Of a stretch of 64,000 nt of DNA, positions 15,201 to 27,399 are shown in pieces (position 1 is the first letter of the stretch; every line of letters begins with the position of its first letter). The stretch comes from Pseudovirgaria hyperparasitica (Eukaryota): NCBI GenBank assembly GCA_010093815.1, contig ML996565.1; one strand, written 5' to 3'. The position numbers and the translations under genes were made by a program. The notes under the pieces were generated by a model. The model saw only the letters and a list, made by a program, of their open reading frames with translations, was not told the origin of the DNA and ran no database searches.

Positions 15201-16555
15201 AGATCGCTACGTAGAAGATAGCTACGATAGTAGAAACAGCTACGCCCGTAGTAACAGCTACGCCCGCGGTAACTACTACGCCCACGGTAGATACTTTATC
15301 TAGGAAAGAATTAATTAGGCAAACACTAAGAATCACCGGCTGGATACGAAGATTCATAGAGATAATTATAAACCTATAACATCCTAACAGCGTGACGAAA
15401 ACCATGGAGCGCGCTATGGAAGTAGGCGCGTAAGATGTCGACGAAGTCATTAGAAGATACTAGTAATATATCTAAGATAGCTTCGAACACCTACTCGCTA
15501 TAAAAGAAGATAAACTACGTATAGCTTCTAACGGAACACCTTTCGAAACGCTCTTCGACGAAGTAGCGGCCGCTAGTACTTATGATTACTATCCTAAACT
15601 CGATAATATTCAGATGGAAATACCGGTTTCTAGAATTCCTACGCCAGAATATCGGTTTAAAGAACTTCTAGAACGAAACGCCTAGGAGCTCTTAGACGAC
15701 AAGGCATCAAGCTTAGAAATTAAGCTACTAGAAGTTAGAGAATTAGACACTAACATAAACGACAACCTAATGGAAGTCGTACACGAAGAAGCCGTCTTAG
15801 ATAAGTTTAAGAAACAAATGTAGTAATTCGTAAAGCTCGCGAATACCGACGACTCGGAGTCGGTAAACGAATTTCATGATATAGAAGACTCCTAAATGGG
15901 AGAAGCCGCCGTAACTAAAACCGTCCTAATCATTGAAACTAAGGAAGTCACCGCCGCTATCAATAATGCTACCACTAAAACCATACTAATAGTAGAGACT
16001 AGTGCCGTAGCCGACGCAAAGATTAACGTTATCGTAAGTACCGTAGCCGACGTAGAGAATGACGTTATCGCAAGTGCCGCTGCGGCTATAAATATAGAAA
16101 CCGTTATCATTCCGCTACCCATAGTTCCTACTCCCGCTGAATCCACTCACTCGAACTAGCCGAGAAAAGACGACGATATGTACGAATGGTCTTAGATCCC
16201 CATAGCTACACCGACGCTACGAATGGATCAAATAAATATAAAAGAAATAAGAGTAACAAGAATAGTACTAAATCGTATATTCGAATACCCTAATAACCAA
16301 TTCGAAGCTTTCCTCGAGGTTCACGATAGGCTTTAGGAAGTTACTATAAATCCAAAGGTAATGGAAGCTATCCTCGCGTAAGAACCGGAGAGACGAAGAG
16401 CTATATTATAATAATACTGTTAATACTTCTACCGACACCTAGGGAGTGATATAGCGTAGTATCTGCACGAGCATCCAACTAAAGCAAGCCTACTAGAGTA
16501 AGGACTTTCACATTTGTCGTTTCGAGCTGTTGGGGGCAGCTATCACGGAAAGTAA
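12293..16555 (+). pseudogene. Extra ~1400-codon ORF of unknown function inside element A, between pol and the 3' LTR
   Basis: ORF-track pieces 13040-13315, 14888-15091 and 15896-16159 share one frame with 12302 and 16442. The interrupting stops are TAA/TAG, as expected from RIP of CAA/CAG/TGG. Basic NLS-like KRGRKRK near the N-terminus; Thr/Ala/Pro-rich C-terminal third. Confidence 0.8.
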
Positions 16556-16678
16556 TAAGGAGATGGATAACGGCAAGAACCACGGACTAGCAGTCCCATA
16601 TACATAGCCGTAGATTCCATGAAGTAGCTAGTAATCAATTCAATACTTGACCAAGACTTGATATCTCTGTCCTTAACA
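16541..16678 (+). repeat. 3' LTR of element A
   Basis: TATCACGGAAAG...CCTTAACA followed by TSD TCTAA. Confidence 0.95.
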
Positions 16679-17437
16679 TCTAATACCCTTAATAGAATTA
16701 GATAGCTATAATTCTTATCTTATAATATTATATTATAGGCGACTATGTCTAGGACGGTATATAGCTATATATATATAAGATACCGCGTTAGTCTTATCCC
16801 ATTTTATATTTATATACTTATCCCTAGGTACTCTCCGAGTATTATATATCTATATTTTATTATATTTAAGTATTATATTCTTCTATACTTTTAAAGTACG
16901 TAATATTTAGGTTTACTATATTCTATATATATTATAGTTAAAGTCTAAAGGTAGAGGCTTTAATTAGGGCGTATGTTTTTTTATATTTTCTCTTTAGATA
17001 GTAATATCTCCTAATATAAAGGCTAGAAGTAGTTTTAAAAGTATGAAGGGGATAACTAAAGGAAGTCTATATTATTAGGCCGGGGCTCGCAGTAGATATA
17101 GAATCGTATATTTATTTCTTAGTTAGTAGGTATTAGTTAACGTGCCTAGTAGCGCCGTATTATCTAATAGCGCGTCTATACTAGAGTAGACGTAATAGAA
17201 ATACCCTTAATAGATCTTTAATAGAGCTAAACTATCTACCTAGTAGAATATTATAACTATATCTAAAATAGATATAGAGGTATACTTACTAAGAAGCTAT
17301 AACTAAGTAGCTCTAATACGTAAGTCTAATTATATACTATTACTAATTAACTTCTATATCTTTATATATTATAATACCGCCGTCTTAGTTAGTATCCTTA
17401 TAGTCTCTATTATTCTAGCCGCTAGTAGTTACTTTAT

Positions 17438-17523
17438 TAGTAGTATTAGCTCTAGTAGTATTAGTTCTAGTAGTATTAGTTCTAGTAGTATTAGCTCTAA
17501 TAGTATTAGCTCTAGTAGTATTA
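17438..17523. repeat. 15-bp tandem repeat (TAGTAGTATTAGCTC-like), ~5-6 copies
   Basis: Directly visible tandem units. Confidence 0.8.
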
Positions 17524-17949
17524 ACTAGATTATTACTATTTATATATACTAGTAATTTAGTACGACTAGGATAATAATACTAAGTATAACTAGTAGTCTT
17601 ATAATTATAATAAAATATATCTATAAGCGTCTTAGGTTTAGAGTAAATATTAGCTTTATAGCTAATATTCTAATAGTTATTATATATAAGTATTAACCTT
17701 CTTAGATACTTAATAGACTTATATTCTTTAATATTATATTTATAGTAGACTAGCGGCTTATAGGGCTTAGTACTATCGGTAGTTTATTAATTACTTTATT
17801 CTTCCCTCTCTCTAATACTAAGTATAGAGTAACTATATTAGAGATTAGATATATTAGAGAGTAGAGAGAGGCTATCTAGATTGGGGGTCGTGTACGTATA
17901 TATTATATAAATCTTAGAGTATCTATTCTATATCTTACTAAGTATACTA

Positions 17950-20100
17950 TCTAGGACTTTCTATCTCTTAAGAGATACGAAGTTAGTAATAATAACTATT
18001 ATCTATTTAGCGCACGTAATAGTAATAATATTACGGTTTACTTCTAAGAGAAAGCTAAAGTAATTGGTTTAGACTAGGTTAATAAGAACTATATTATTAT
18101 TATAACCCTAAGAACCGTCCTATAAACGCCATTAGATAAGCTTCTATACCGGCTTAGGTAGGGTATTAAATTAAGCTTTATCCGCTATAGTAAGTATAGT
18201 TAAAAGTAAGTTTCTAACTATCCCTTTAAATAGATTACGTTAGGTAGTATATATAGAAATATAGAGTACGCGATCGAGTATAACGCTATAATAGAAGAGC
18301 TTAGTAATAATCTACTAAGTGAAACGTAATAAGTCTATATTATATATTAAGTTATTTACTATATACGCGTAATCCCTATTAATATTAGTATATATAATAT
18401 ATTAATAGCTACGGATTCTAAATATTTATTAAACGGTCTCTATAAGTGGTATATTAATATTATTTATTATATAGAACGAGGTTATTAGCTTACCCGAGTA
18501 AGTAATTAGTAATATAACGTTTATTATCCTAGGAACTAAGCGTTCTAACTTAGTAAGGTAAGTAGTTAGGAAACTATATTATATCTAGCGCTTTATAAAG
18601 GAGATCCTCTAGTTTACGGCCTATATATTAGTACTATTACGCTAGTAGATGTTAAGCTAGCGTAGGTTGCCAACGTAAATAAATGTTAGTTACTATTCTA
18701 TAGTAGTATAATTAATAATAATTCCAAGTGTATTGCTTTTAAGGATATATATAGCCTCCTCTATTATAACTAAAATTAGATATATATTATAGACTACCTT
18801 AGTAATATTTATAATATATAGGGTCCCTATATAAATCTAGGCGTAGATAGTAACTAGGTCCTAGGTAGTAAGGTATAGCTTATTTATCCTATTATACTTC
18901 TTCTTAGGCATGTCCTTATTATAAGCGTAATATTTATAGATAGTATATAATAGCTAAGCCATTTCTTTCTCGAAATTCTTAGAGATCTATTTATATTAAT
19001 ATTAAGATTTAATAAGTCTAACGACCTTAAGCGTAATATAACTAGTATATAGTTTCTATAGATAAGTATAGGGATCCGTACTATATTCTAATAGTTATTT
19101 ACTATAGTCGGCCTAGGCTTATATAAGGATAGTACTATCTATTATATTATTCTAGGTTAGCCTAATAAGAGGGTCGCCGTAATAAGATAGTCTAGCTATA
19201 GTAAAGAAAACCTCTTAATTAATAGCTTTGGGGCATCTTTAAAGAATAACCGGTATCTTTAGAGACTTATAGTAAGTAAATATATTACTTATATATTTAT
19301 ATACTTTTCTTATAGTATTATTATAGGTTTCGTTAGTTAGACTAATAATAATATATATATATATTCTATATATTTAGGTGGAACCTAGTATAGGGAGGTA
19401 CGCTATTACATTACTAGATAGAATAACTACCTTAGTAGTATAAGTAATAATAGAAGTACTATTTATTTCGTTAATTAGAAGTATAGCTAGTAGTAGATAA
19501 AGCTATAAATAGCTCTTTCTAGCTCCTCTATAGCCATAAAGTAGAAACTAAGCCCTAAGTACGTCTATTATCTATATATAGATATACTATTATTAGGGAG
19601 ATAGTTCTAAACGTATAATATCCTAGAGATTATAGAATCTTTTATAATCTTTAATATAGTGGTTATAGTTAACGGGTTAAAGATTTAGGTAGTTATTACT
19701 AAGTATTAGATTCTATATAGAGGGTAGTAAAGGGAATAGAATACTAGAGTAGACTTTAGATAATATTAGAAGTATATATATATATTAGTAACATAGCTAG
19801 TAATAGAACCTTTATTACTAATAATATTATAACTATATTCTATATTTATGTCCTTATTATTATCTAGAGATATAGATAATTTAGAAAGAGTAATAAGAGT
19901 ATTCTAAGGCTCCGTACTATAATCTAGAATTATATTATTAGAGTTAGAGGATCTATATATTAGAGATATAGATACTAAGTCTATAATAATATTAAGGACT
20001 ATCGTATTAAACGCATTCTAAGTAGCGTGGTCGTCTATACCGCTATCTCTAGAAACTTATATAGTATAGTAGGTTAGTTTCTAGCACGTATTAATATATT
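17950..20100 (-). pseudogene. RIP-degraded superfamily-1 helicase, UPF1/DNA2/NAM7-like (AAA_11/AAA_12); gene may extend to ~21800
   Basis: The minus-strand translation gives, in correct order and spacing, LVIIEEA (~18770), IYVGNLR*L (VGDxxQL, ~18680), SFIKR, YSGKL, DGS*G...IVLINLV*T..FSFL...NRNIITITCAK (DGxQG..DIV..VR..GFL..R.NVA.TRAK, ~18120-18010). Walker A is only tentatively seen near 19950. Confidence 0.8.
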
Positions 20101-21519
20101 ACTTAGTAAGCTTATTATAGATTTATATACTAACTAAAGCTAGAACGTCCGTAAACTCTATAAGCGTAGTAAGAGATAATCTAATTATACTTAAACTAGT
20201 ATTACTAGTCTAAATAAAATATTTAGGATAAGCTTAAGTTATATTAGTAACTATATCTATTAATATAATTAGTATCTTAGGTACTTTAGAAGGACGCCTA
20301 ACCTTATTAAGGACTTTTAGAGTAAGGCATTTAAATAGAAGAATACCTAGGTAAAATTAAAGGACTTTAAAGCGGTAGACGTTATTATTATAATTCTTTA
20401 AATCTACTTTAAGGTATCTATAACTATCTAGTTCTATATAATAGAATCCTTTTATATTAATAGGATAGATAATAGCTAAGAGTACCTAAGTAATATCTAA
20501 GAGCTAGATATACCTAATAATAACGTCTTAGAATTAGGATAATAGAAGATCCGTCTATTTATCTTATAAGGTACTTATAGTAATATATATTAGGTAGTTA
20601 AATTTCTTATTAAATGACTCGCGGTAGAGAATAGAGATCTAGGGTTAAGTGTCCGGTCTACTTATTATACTATATTATATATAGGGAGTAGTAACTTCTA
20701 TATACTATAAATTAATCGGATTACTCTCTAGGTTAAGCTTATTATTAAAGCCGGTAAGATCTATAGAGTTATATAGTAGTAGTAAGATACGAACTATAGT
20801 ATAAGTATCTAGATCTTTAAAGAATTACTTTACTTGTTTATATATTATATTAGGTCTAATATATAACGGAATAGTAAAACCTATACTAAGAAGCTTACTA
20901 GCTATAAGTTTAATAATCTAAAAGTCGTAAGGGTCTTTATAGAGGCTAGTATTAGTATATAGTATATTAGCTTTATCCGCTTCGCTTATAATAAGATTAG
21001 AAAGTTTAGAAAAATACTTAATAAAGTTATCTACTTACTTAATCTTAAAGATCTATACTATAGAGTAGTTAGATAATAGAAGGATATTAGTACGATTAAA
21101 GCGGAGTAAGCTTATTAAGGATACTAATTTCTCTTTATTAATCTATTAGAAGCGAGTATATAACTTAATCTAAGAGTAGTACTTAGGGAATTTAAGGAAT
21201 CTATATATATAACTAATCGACTCTTTAAAGCTATAACCTTTACTACGAGCCTTAAATACTACTAGCTTAAGCTTAGCTTAAGTTTTCGCTTATTTCTACT
21301 TAAGTCTATCTATTTCTCTACTAATACTATAGATATTCCTAAAGATTAACTATAGATCGCCCTATATAAGAGAGATCTAATAGATAGCGTAAGTAGAAAC
21401 GGGAGCCTTACTACTTTAGACCTTCTTAAGTTTATACTCGTTATTAGAATAGTAGTTACTAGTAAGTATACTAAAGATAAGTGGTTTATTATTAGTTAAG
21501 ATAGTAGTTATATTATAAG

Positions 21520-21778
21520 CTTTAACTTAAGTATAAGGCTTAGCTTAAATATAAGGATTAGCTTAAACGTAAGGCTTAGCTTAAACGTAAGGATCGGCTT
21601 AAATATAAGGCTCGGCTTAAACGTAAGAATCGGCTTAAGTATAAGGCTCGGCTTAAGTATAAGGCTTGGCTTAAGTATAAGACTTAGCTTAAGTACAAGG
21701 CTTGGCTTAAATATAAGACTTAACTTAAGTATAAGGCTTAACTTAAACGTAAGACTTAGCTTAAACGTAAGGCTTAAT
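21520..21778. repeat. 18-bp tandem repeat (AAGGCTTAGCTTAAACGT-like), ~14 copies; probably a 6-aa coding repeat
   Basis: Visible tandem units with length a multiple of 3, upstream of the helicase relic on the minus strand. Confidence 0.85.
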
Positions 21779-22673
21779 TACGTCGAGCGTAGACTAGTTC
21801 TAAATATTACTAAATATAACGAGTTCTTAATCTATATTATAAACTATAAATATAACCTCATTAACTATTATATAGAATAGACCTTAAGGGTTAATAGAGT
21901 CGAGTTTAACATAGCGTTTATATATAGTTATAATTAATATAGAATAAAGTATAGAAGATAAGATTTAGGTTTAAAAACTAAGATAAGTAGAGAAAAGATT
22001 TATAGAAGTTTTCTTTTATAATATAGAGACGACTAAAGGAAGCTAAGATTAACGTAGGCTAAAGTAATAGTAGCTTAAGTAGTATATAAAGTAGGGTAGT
22101 ATACTACTATTATATAAGTCTAGTAGCTTACTAACTAAGTATATAGTATATTATAGAAGACTATCGAATTAGGGCTTAGATAAATATAGGTATAAGTAAA
22201 TAGTATTATATAAAAGTTTAACCGTCCGATATACTAACGCTATAGATACCAAGTCTATCTTCTAAATTCTATGGTAACTATCTCTTCTAGATAGTAAGAT
22301 ATTACTAGCTATACCTTACCTATTATATTTATAGTAGAGATACTATATATCTATTAGTATACTAGCGCACGTGTCTAACTACTACTTAAACATAACTTAC
22401 CTTATACTATAATACGTACTATTAAGCTAATATTATACTAATATTTATAGGTTTATATCTATAAACTCCTTTTCTATAATATTAAAACCGGTAATATTAT
22501 CTAGTAATAGGACTATATAAGAAGGAGGCGGACTTAGTATATCTAGTTATATATAGACTTCTACTATTACCTTAATAACTACTATACTAGTAGACGCTTC
22601 CTCCCTAGCTCTAAATAGTATATAATATTAGACTTTTATACGTTTACTTAAACTCTTAAGTATACTAGTATTA

Positions 22674-22901
22674 TGTTAGGACTTAGCCTTAGGCAGGACC
22701 CGACCTGCACGTACCTTAGCTAACAGGGTTAGGAGGTGACGTGAAGGGCGGTAAACAGTCACGTGCTAGATAGATCGGCGTCCCTTTGTGTATATACTCT
22801 CGGATTCCTACCGAAAGGGTTCGGTAGTAATTCGTTCTATAATAGAATACACCCCATTGTTCTATCTAACTATACTACTATCCAATAACCCTATTCTTAC
22901 A
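22674..22901. mobile_element. Solo LTR (228 bp)
   Basis: Begins TGTTAGG, ends CTTACA, flanked by 5-bp TSD TATTA (22669-22673, 22902-22906). Visibly less RIP-affected than its flanks. Confidence 0.85.
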
Positions 22902-25879
22902 TATTATATATTAATTTATAAGGCGATTAGATTATAATTACTAGTATATTAACCTTAATAGATAGAGTAGATAGAACGGCGGCGCTTAACTCTTCTAATA
23001 TAACGTTAGCTAGCTAATAATATAATAGATAAATATACTAGTTACGTTATTATTAACGTCTATTATTTAAGTAGGTAAAGTATTAACTACGCCTATATTA
23101 AGTAGACTAGAGTATATCTATATACTATTAATAAAAGACCTAAATCTAGTAAGGTATCCGCTATATATATAACTCTATATATAACTAATAACTAAAAACC
23201 TAAGATATATAAATAGTATTAGGTCTACGGAAGAGTAACGGTATTATACTAGTATATACTAGATATACCGGTATATATTAGTATATACTACTTAGTAGTT
23301 ATAATATATTAATATATACCGATATCTATCGGCGTATATATATCTCGAGCTTATCTACGCGCGCTAGATAGATAAATTCTACTACTATACTTATAGCGTG
23401 ACGTTTCTATATAGTTAGATTATAGTTAATATATTATAGTAGGCTTCTAAATATACTATTTATATTGCCTACGTAGAAAACCACCCGATCTAGTTCTAAG
23501 TCTACTACCTATTTAATAGTCTACTATAATACCTAGTCTAAAGTATCCTTATAAAGGATTATATTACTTAACTTACTTAGTAGAATCGGGTACTTTAGGT
23601 AGACGTAACTATGCCTATAACTATCTACGTCCCCTAGTATATCTATAGATAAGCTAATAAATTCTAATAGTTTATTTATACTAAGACCTACTATATTATA
23701 TATTTTTATACCCTTAATATTTAACGGCGTTATACTATTCTATATAGCTATTATTAATACTAGAGTAACCTAAGTATAATCACGGATAAGAACTATAGAT
23801 ATACATATATAATACAGCAGCACGGCTACCTTAGAAGATATAGATACTAGTAGTCCAACAGTTAAATAACTAGGTTAGCTAGATATATTAGACGGGTTTA
23901 TAGAGTATATATAATATTATAACAGCTCGTCTAGCCTAGGGCATTATTTTAACATATATAATAGTATTTAGCTAACCGCCGCTAGTTATACATAAATACT
24001 AAGAATATAGTATTAAGTTAATATATAGTATCTACCCATAAAATAGTATAACTACTATTAATAAATATATATTTATCCACAACCATCTAGAGGTAACACT
24101 CTTATTTTATATAGTAGTCCTTTACTTCCTTACTATATAGATTTAGTAATAGACTAGTAAATTCCTCCTAAATTAACTCGTCTATATATACCTAAAGTTT
24201 CTATCTATTAGACGCTCTAAATATATAAAGTAGATCGAGACTCGCTTCTACTCGGCTATTTATTTATAGCTAGCCAGATATAGCTATAGATAGATAAAAT
24301 AGAGAATAGAGTATATTACTAGGGTAATAGAGAGACAAGATATATACTCTATATAATAGACATAGATATAACATATACATTACAGCTATATTAACGCAAG
24401 TAGTCCGTATAGTTATTAGTAATAACTCATTAATAAAATAGAGACAGGGAAATATACAACCAGTATCTAATCCCATACTAATATAGGGCACGTAAAATAA
24501 CGACGTTAAATATATAATACTCTATATATAACGTTAAGTATACCGGGTAATAGCCCTACTCTAGTAATACTATCTATATATAATAAAAGAGTAGCATAGT
24601 ATATAGATACAATAGAAGAGTAGACCGTCTTTATAACCACATAGATCTACTACTAAAGAGAAATACTATAAGATCTAGTATATACTATTATAAATATACT
24701 ATTATCTATTATATTTAGGTATACTAACTTAGTATATATAAAATATAGATAACTACTAATCTATCATAGTTCACTATCGTTTAAAGCCTAACGAGTAGAA
24801 CTAAGGAATAAATAGTAGAAATAGTTAGATATAAGAGTTTTTTAGTAATTAGAGAATAGTCTAGATAGCTTAAGGGAAGGATAGAGGACCTCCGCAAAGT
24901 ATATACTTATATAATATTAATATATAAATATTTAAGAGAAGTATATAATACTAACTATTATCTCTATAATAGATTACTATTAATTAGTACTATTATTAAG
25001 AAGAGATAGATAAGTATAATAATAAATAATTATAGTAGCGAACCCTTATATTAAACACGAATAATACAACGTATTAGTATAGTATATTTATCTATCATAA
25101 GAACGTATATCTAGTTACTATAGTTTCTAACGGTCCGTATAAGAACGTATATATTAATAATATAGTAATATAAGTCTAACTATACTTATAAGACTAGAGA
25201 AATAATAAAAAAAGAGAAGAAGAAATATTAGAAGAGAGAGATACTTAAGGAAGACGTTTCCCTAGTAAGAGTGTTATATACCTAGTATATACTTATTTAT
25301 ACTTATTTATATAGACTCGTTATATACCCGGTATTCGTTTATCAATAGACTCGTTACGTACCTAATACTTACTTAACTATAGACTTATTATATGCCCGGT
25401 ATCTAACGAGATATAAACGTAAATAATAAAAACGTTAGAATTAGGTACGAGCTAGGTCTAGTAGGCCTAGAGATATAATTTGGATTTTAGAGTATTAATA
25501 TATATAATCTATCTATTTTAGATTAATACTATCTAGATCTAGTTCTACCTATAAATAAGAATCCTTTAAGTTCTATATACCCTTTTTAGAGGCGTAGAGC
25601 TTTTATACTAACTAGTAATTATTAGGTAATAAGGAGGTATATCCCTAGATACTCCTTAGCTAAAATTATAGATAGTTATTAAATATAAGCCTTTTATAGA
25701 ACTAATTATAATAAACCACGATCGTTTCTTAGAGATATCCTAGTATAGAATATAACTATTAAGTACTACTATATATAAACTATAACTTCCGCTATATAAT
25801 AGTATATACCGGTATACTATGGTAGACGGCGGTAGATAGTAATAGACTTATAACACGTGCCCGTGTTTTAATACTATAG

Positions 25880-27133
25880 TTATATTTCGTCTATTTATAG
25901 TCTAGAAGTCTAGATTATATACCTCGTTATAGATCCTCTAATTACTATATATATTTAACTAGAATAAACTATCTATAACTAACTAACGTAATATAATCTA
26001 TATAGAGTATAGAATATACTCTAGCTTATAGATATAGAATCTATCTATTATATAAGTCTTATTATCTAACCTTTAACCTACTATATATAATAGTATAAGG
26101 CTACTAATAGTATTAATATTACCTCTATCTAAGTTATTAAGTAGTTTAACTAACGTACCTAGGAATCGCGCTACTATACTACTAGTTACGTTAATACTCT
26201 CCGTATTATATACCTCTAGAAATATATAGACTTTACTAACCCGCTTTCTATTAAGGTAGTTACTACTCTTATTAAACTCCTATACTAATATATAATCCTC
26301 CCTAGCCTTACTACTCTTTTACTAGTTATAGGTATACCTTATCTAAACCGGGTCAAAGGCCTCTATAGATATATCTCTATCTAGTTATATCGGCACGTAC
26401 ATAGTCTTGTATATATAGATAGGAAGGACCTATGCCTACAAAGGGTCCTTTTTAATATATTTAATATTTACTTCTTTTAATATATTATCTCTAATAAGCT
26501 AATTATAATAGTTATATATAAAGGGGGTAACCGCGTTAAGTAATATAAAACTACTACTATACGCGTTATAGAGGTTACTAATAGTAGTCTAGTAGAACGT
26601 AGATAGTCTATGGCTCTCTAAGACGTAGATTATATATTTACTCTAGTATAGCTCCTTTAAAATACACCGCTAGTCGACTAGCTTACGTATATTATTAAGC
26701 TACTCTAGGCTAGGGGCTACTAATATACTAGTACTAGCCGCTACCTCTATACTACTAGAGATTTTAGTATTAGTTATACGTATATCTACTACTAGCATCT
26801 ACTATAGAAACGTCTCCCTCTTATTTAAACCTTAATATAATTCCTTTACTATAATATAAGATTACTCTAGTAGCTCCGCTAATATTAGATATAACGAACT
26901 ATAGTACTTAATAGTATTAACTAGGTACGATAATATATAGAACTTCGGAAAGTTAAAATAATTATCCTCTAATTTATCTCTATAATATAGTATAAACTAG
27001 TATTTTAGGTCGTCTAAGCGTAATATAGCCTTTTCTAAGTATACTAGTATCTATATATTATACGTATAGTACGTCGCTAATATATATATATTAATAACCG
27101 CCCGTACTACGCTTAGAAAGTATTAATTATAAT
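25880..27133 (-). pseudogene. Plavaka-type transposase, C-terminal part
   Basis: Minus strand reads VRAVINIY.LA.Y..., YFNFPKFY.LSY...IKYYSSL (HFNFPKFH.LSH...I..YGS), AREDYILV*E, IYNEVYN.DF. Joins in frame with the 32441 segment once the LINE and one TSD copy are removed. Confidence 0.82.
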
Positions 27134-27399
27134 AATAATAATAATAATATTAGTAAACTAGGTAGAGTACCACTCTATAGGCGCATGCCTCCTCTAGTCT
27201 AAGCTACTATATAAGAAGAAACCTACGAATAGGAAAAACTCCCTTATATCTATAACTACGCTCTATCTATCCTCTCATTCTTTATATATATATAGCCCTA
27301 GGGGCTACCCATAGGCCTATAGCCTATATTATAATGGTTTACCCTTAGGTAGCACGTGTAGATACGGAGATTATTAGTTAAGGGCTACCCTTAACTAAT

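Larger units (their letters stand above)
3828..16678 (+). mobile_element. Ty3/Gypsy chromovirus-like LTR retrotransposon A, full length (~12.85 kb), RIP-inactivated
   Basis: 138-bp direct LTRs at 3828-3965 and 16541-16678 (TG...CA once RIP is undone), 5-bp TSD TCTAA on both sides (3823-3827, 16679-16683), G-rich tract before the 3' LTR, domain order gag-PR-RT-RH-IN-chromo. Confidence 0.96.

Noticed and set aside
14476..16146. Hydrophobic minus-strand ORFs resembling membrane or env proteins
   Set aside because: They are antisense to the Thr/Ala/Lys-rich part of the long plus-strand ORF; the hydrophobicity is a codon-complement artefact.
21520..21778. Regular repeats resembling a CRISPR array
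   Set aside because: Head-to-tail 18-bp units without unique spacers, in eukaryotic DNA.
24270..24491. Short Ile/Leu/Tyr-rich ORFs in the AT-rich block (also 37066-37296, 42971-43246, 48950-49132)
   Set aside because: Composition is typical of chance ORFs in RIPed DNA or antisense to TE genes/LTRs.
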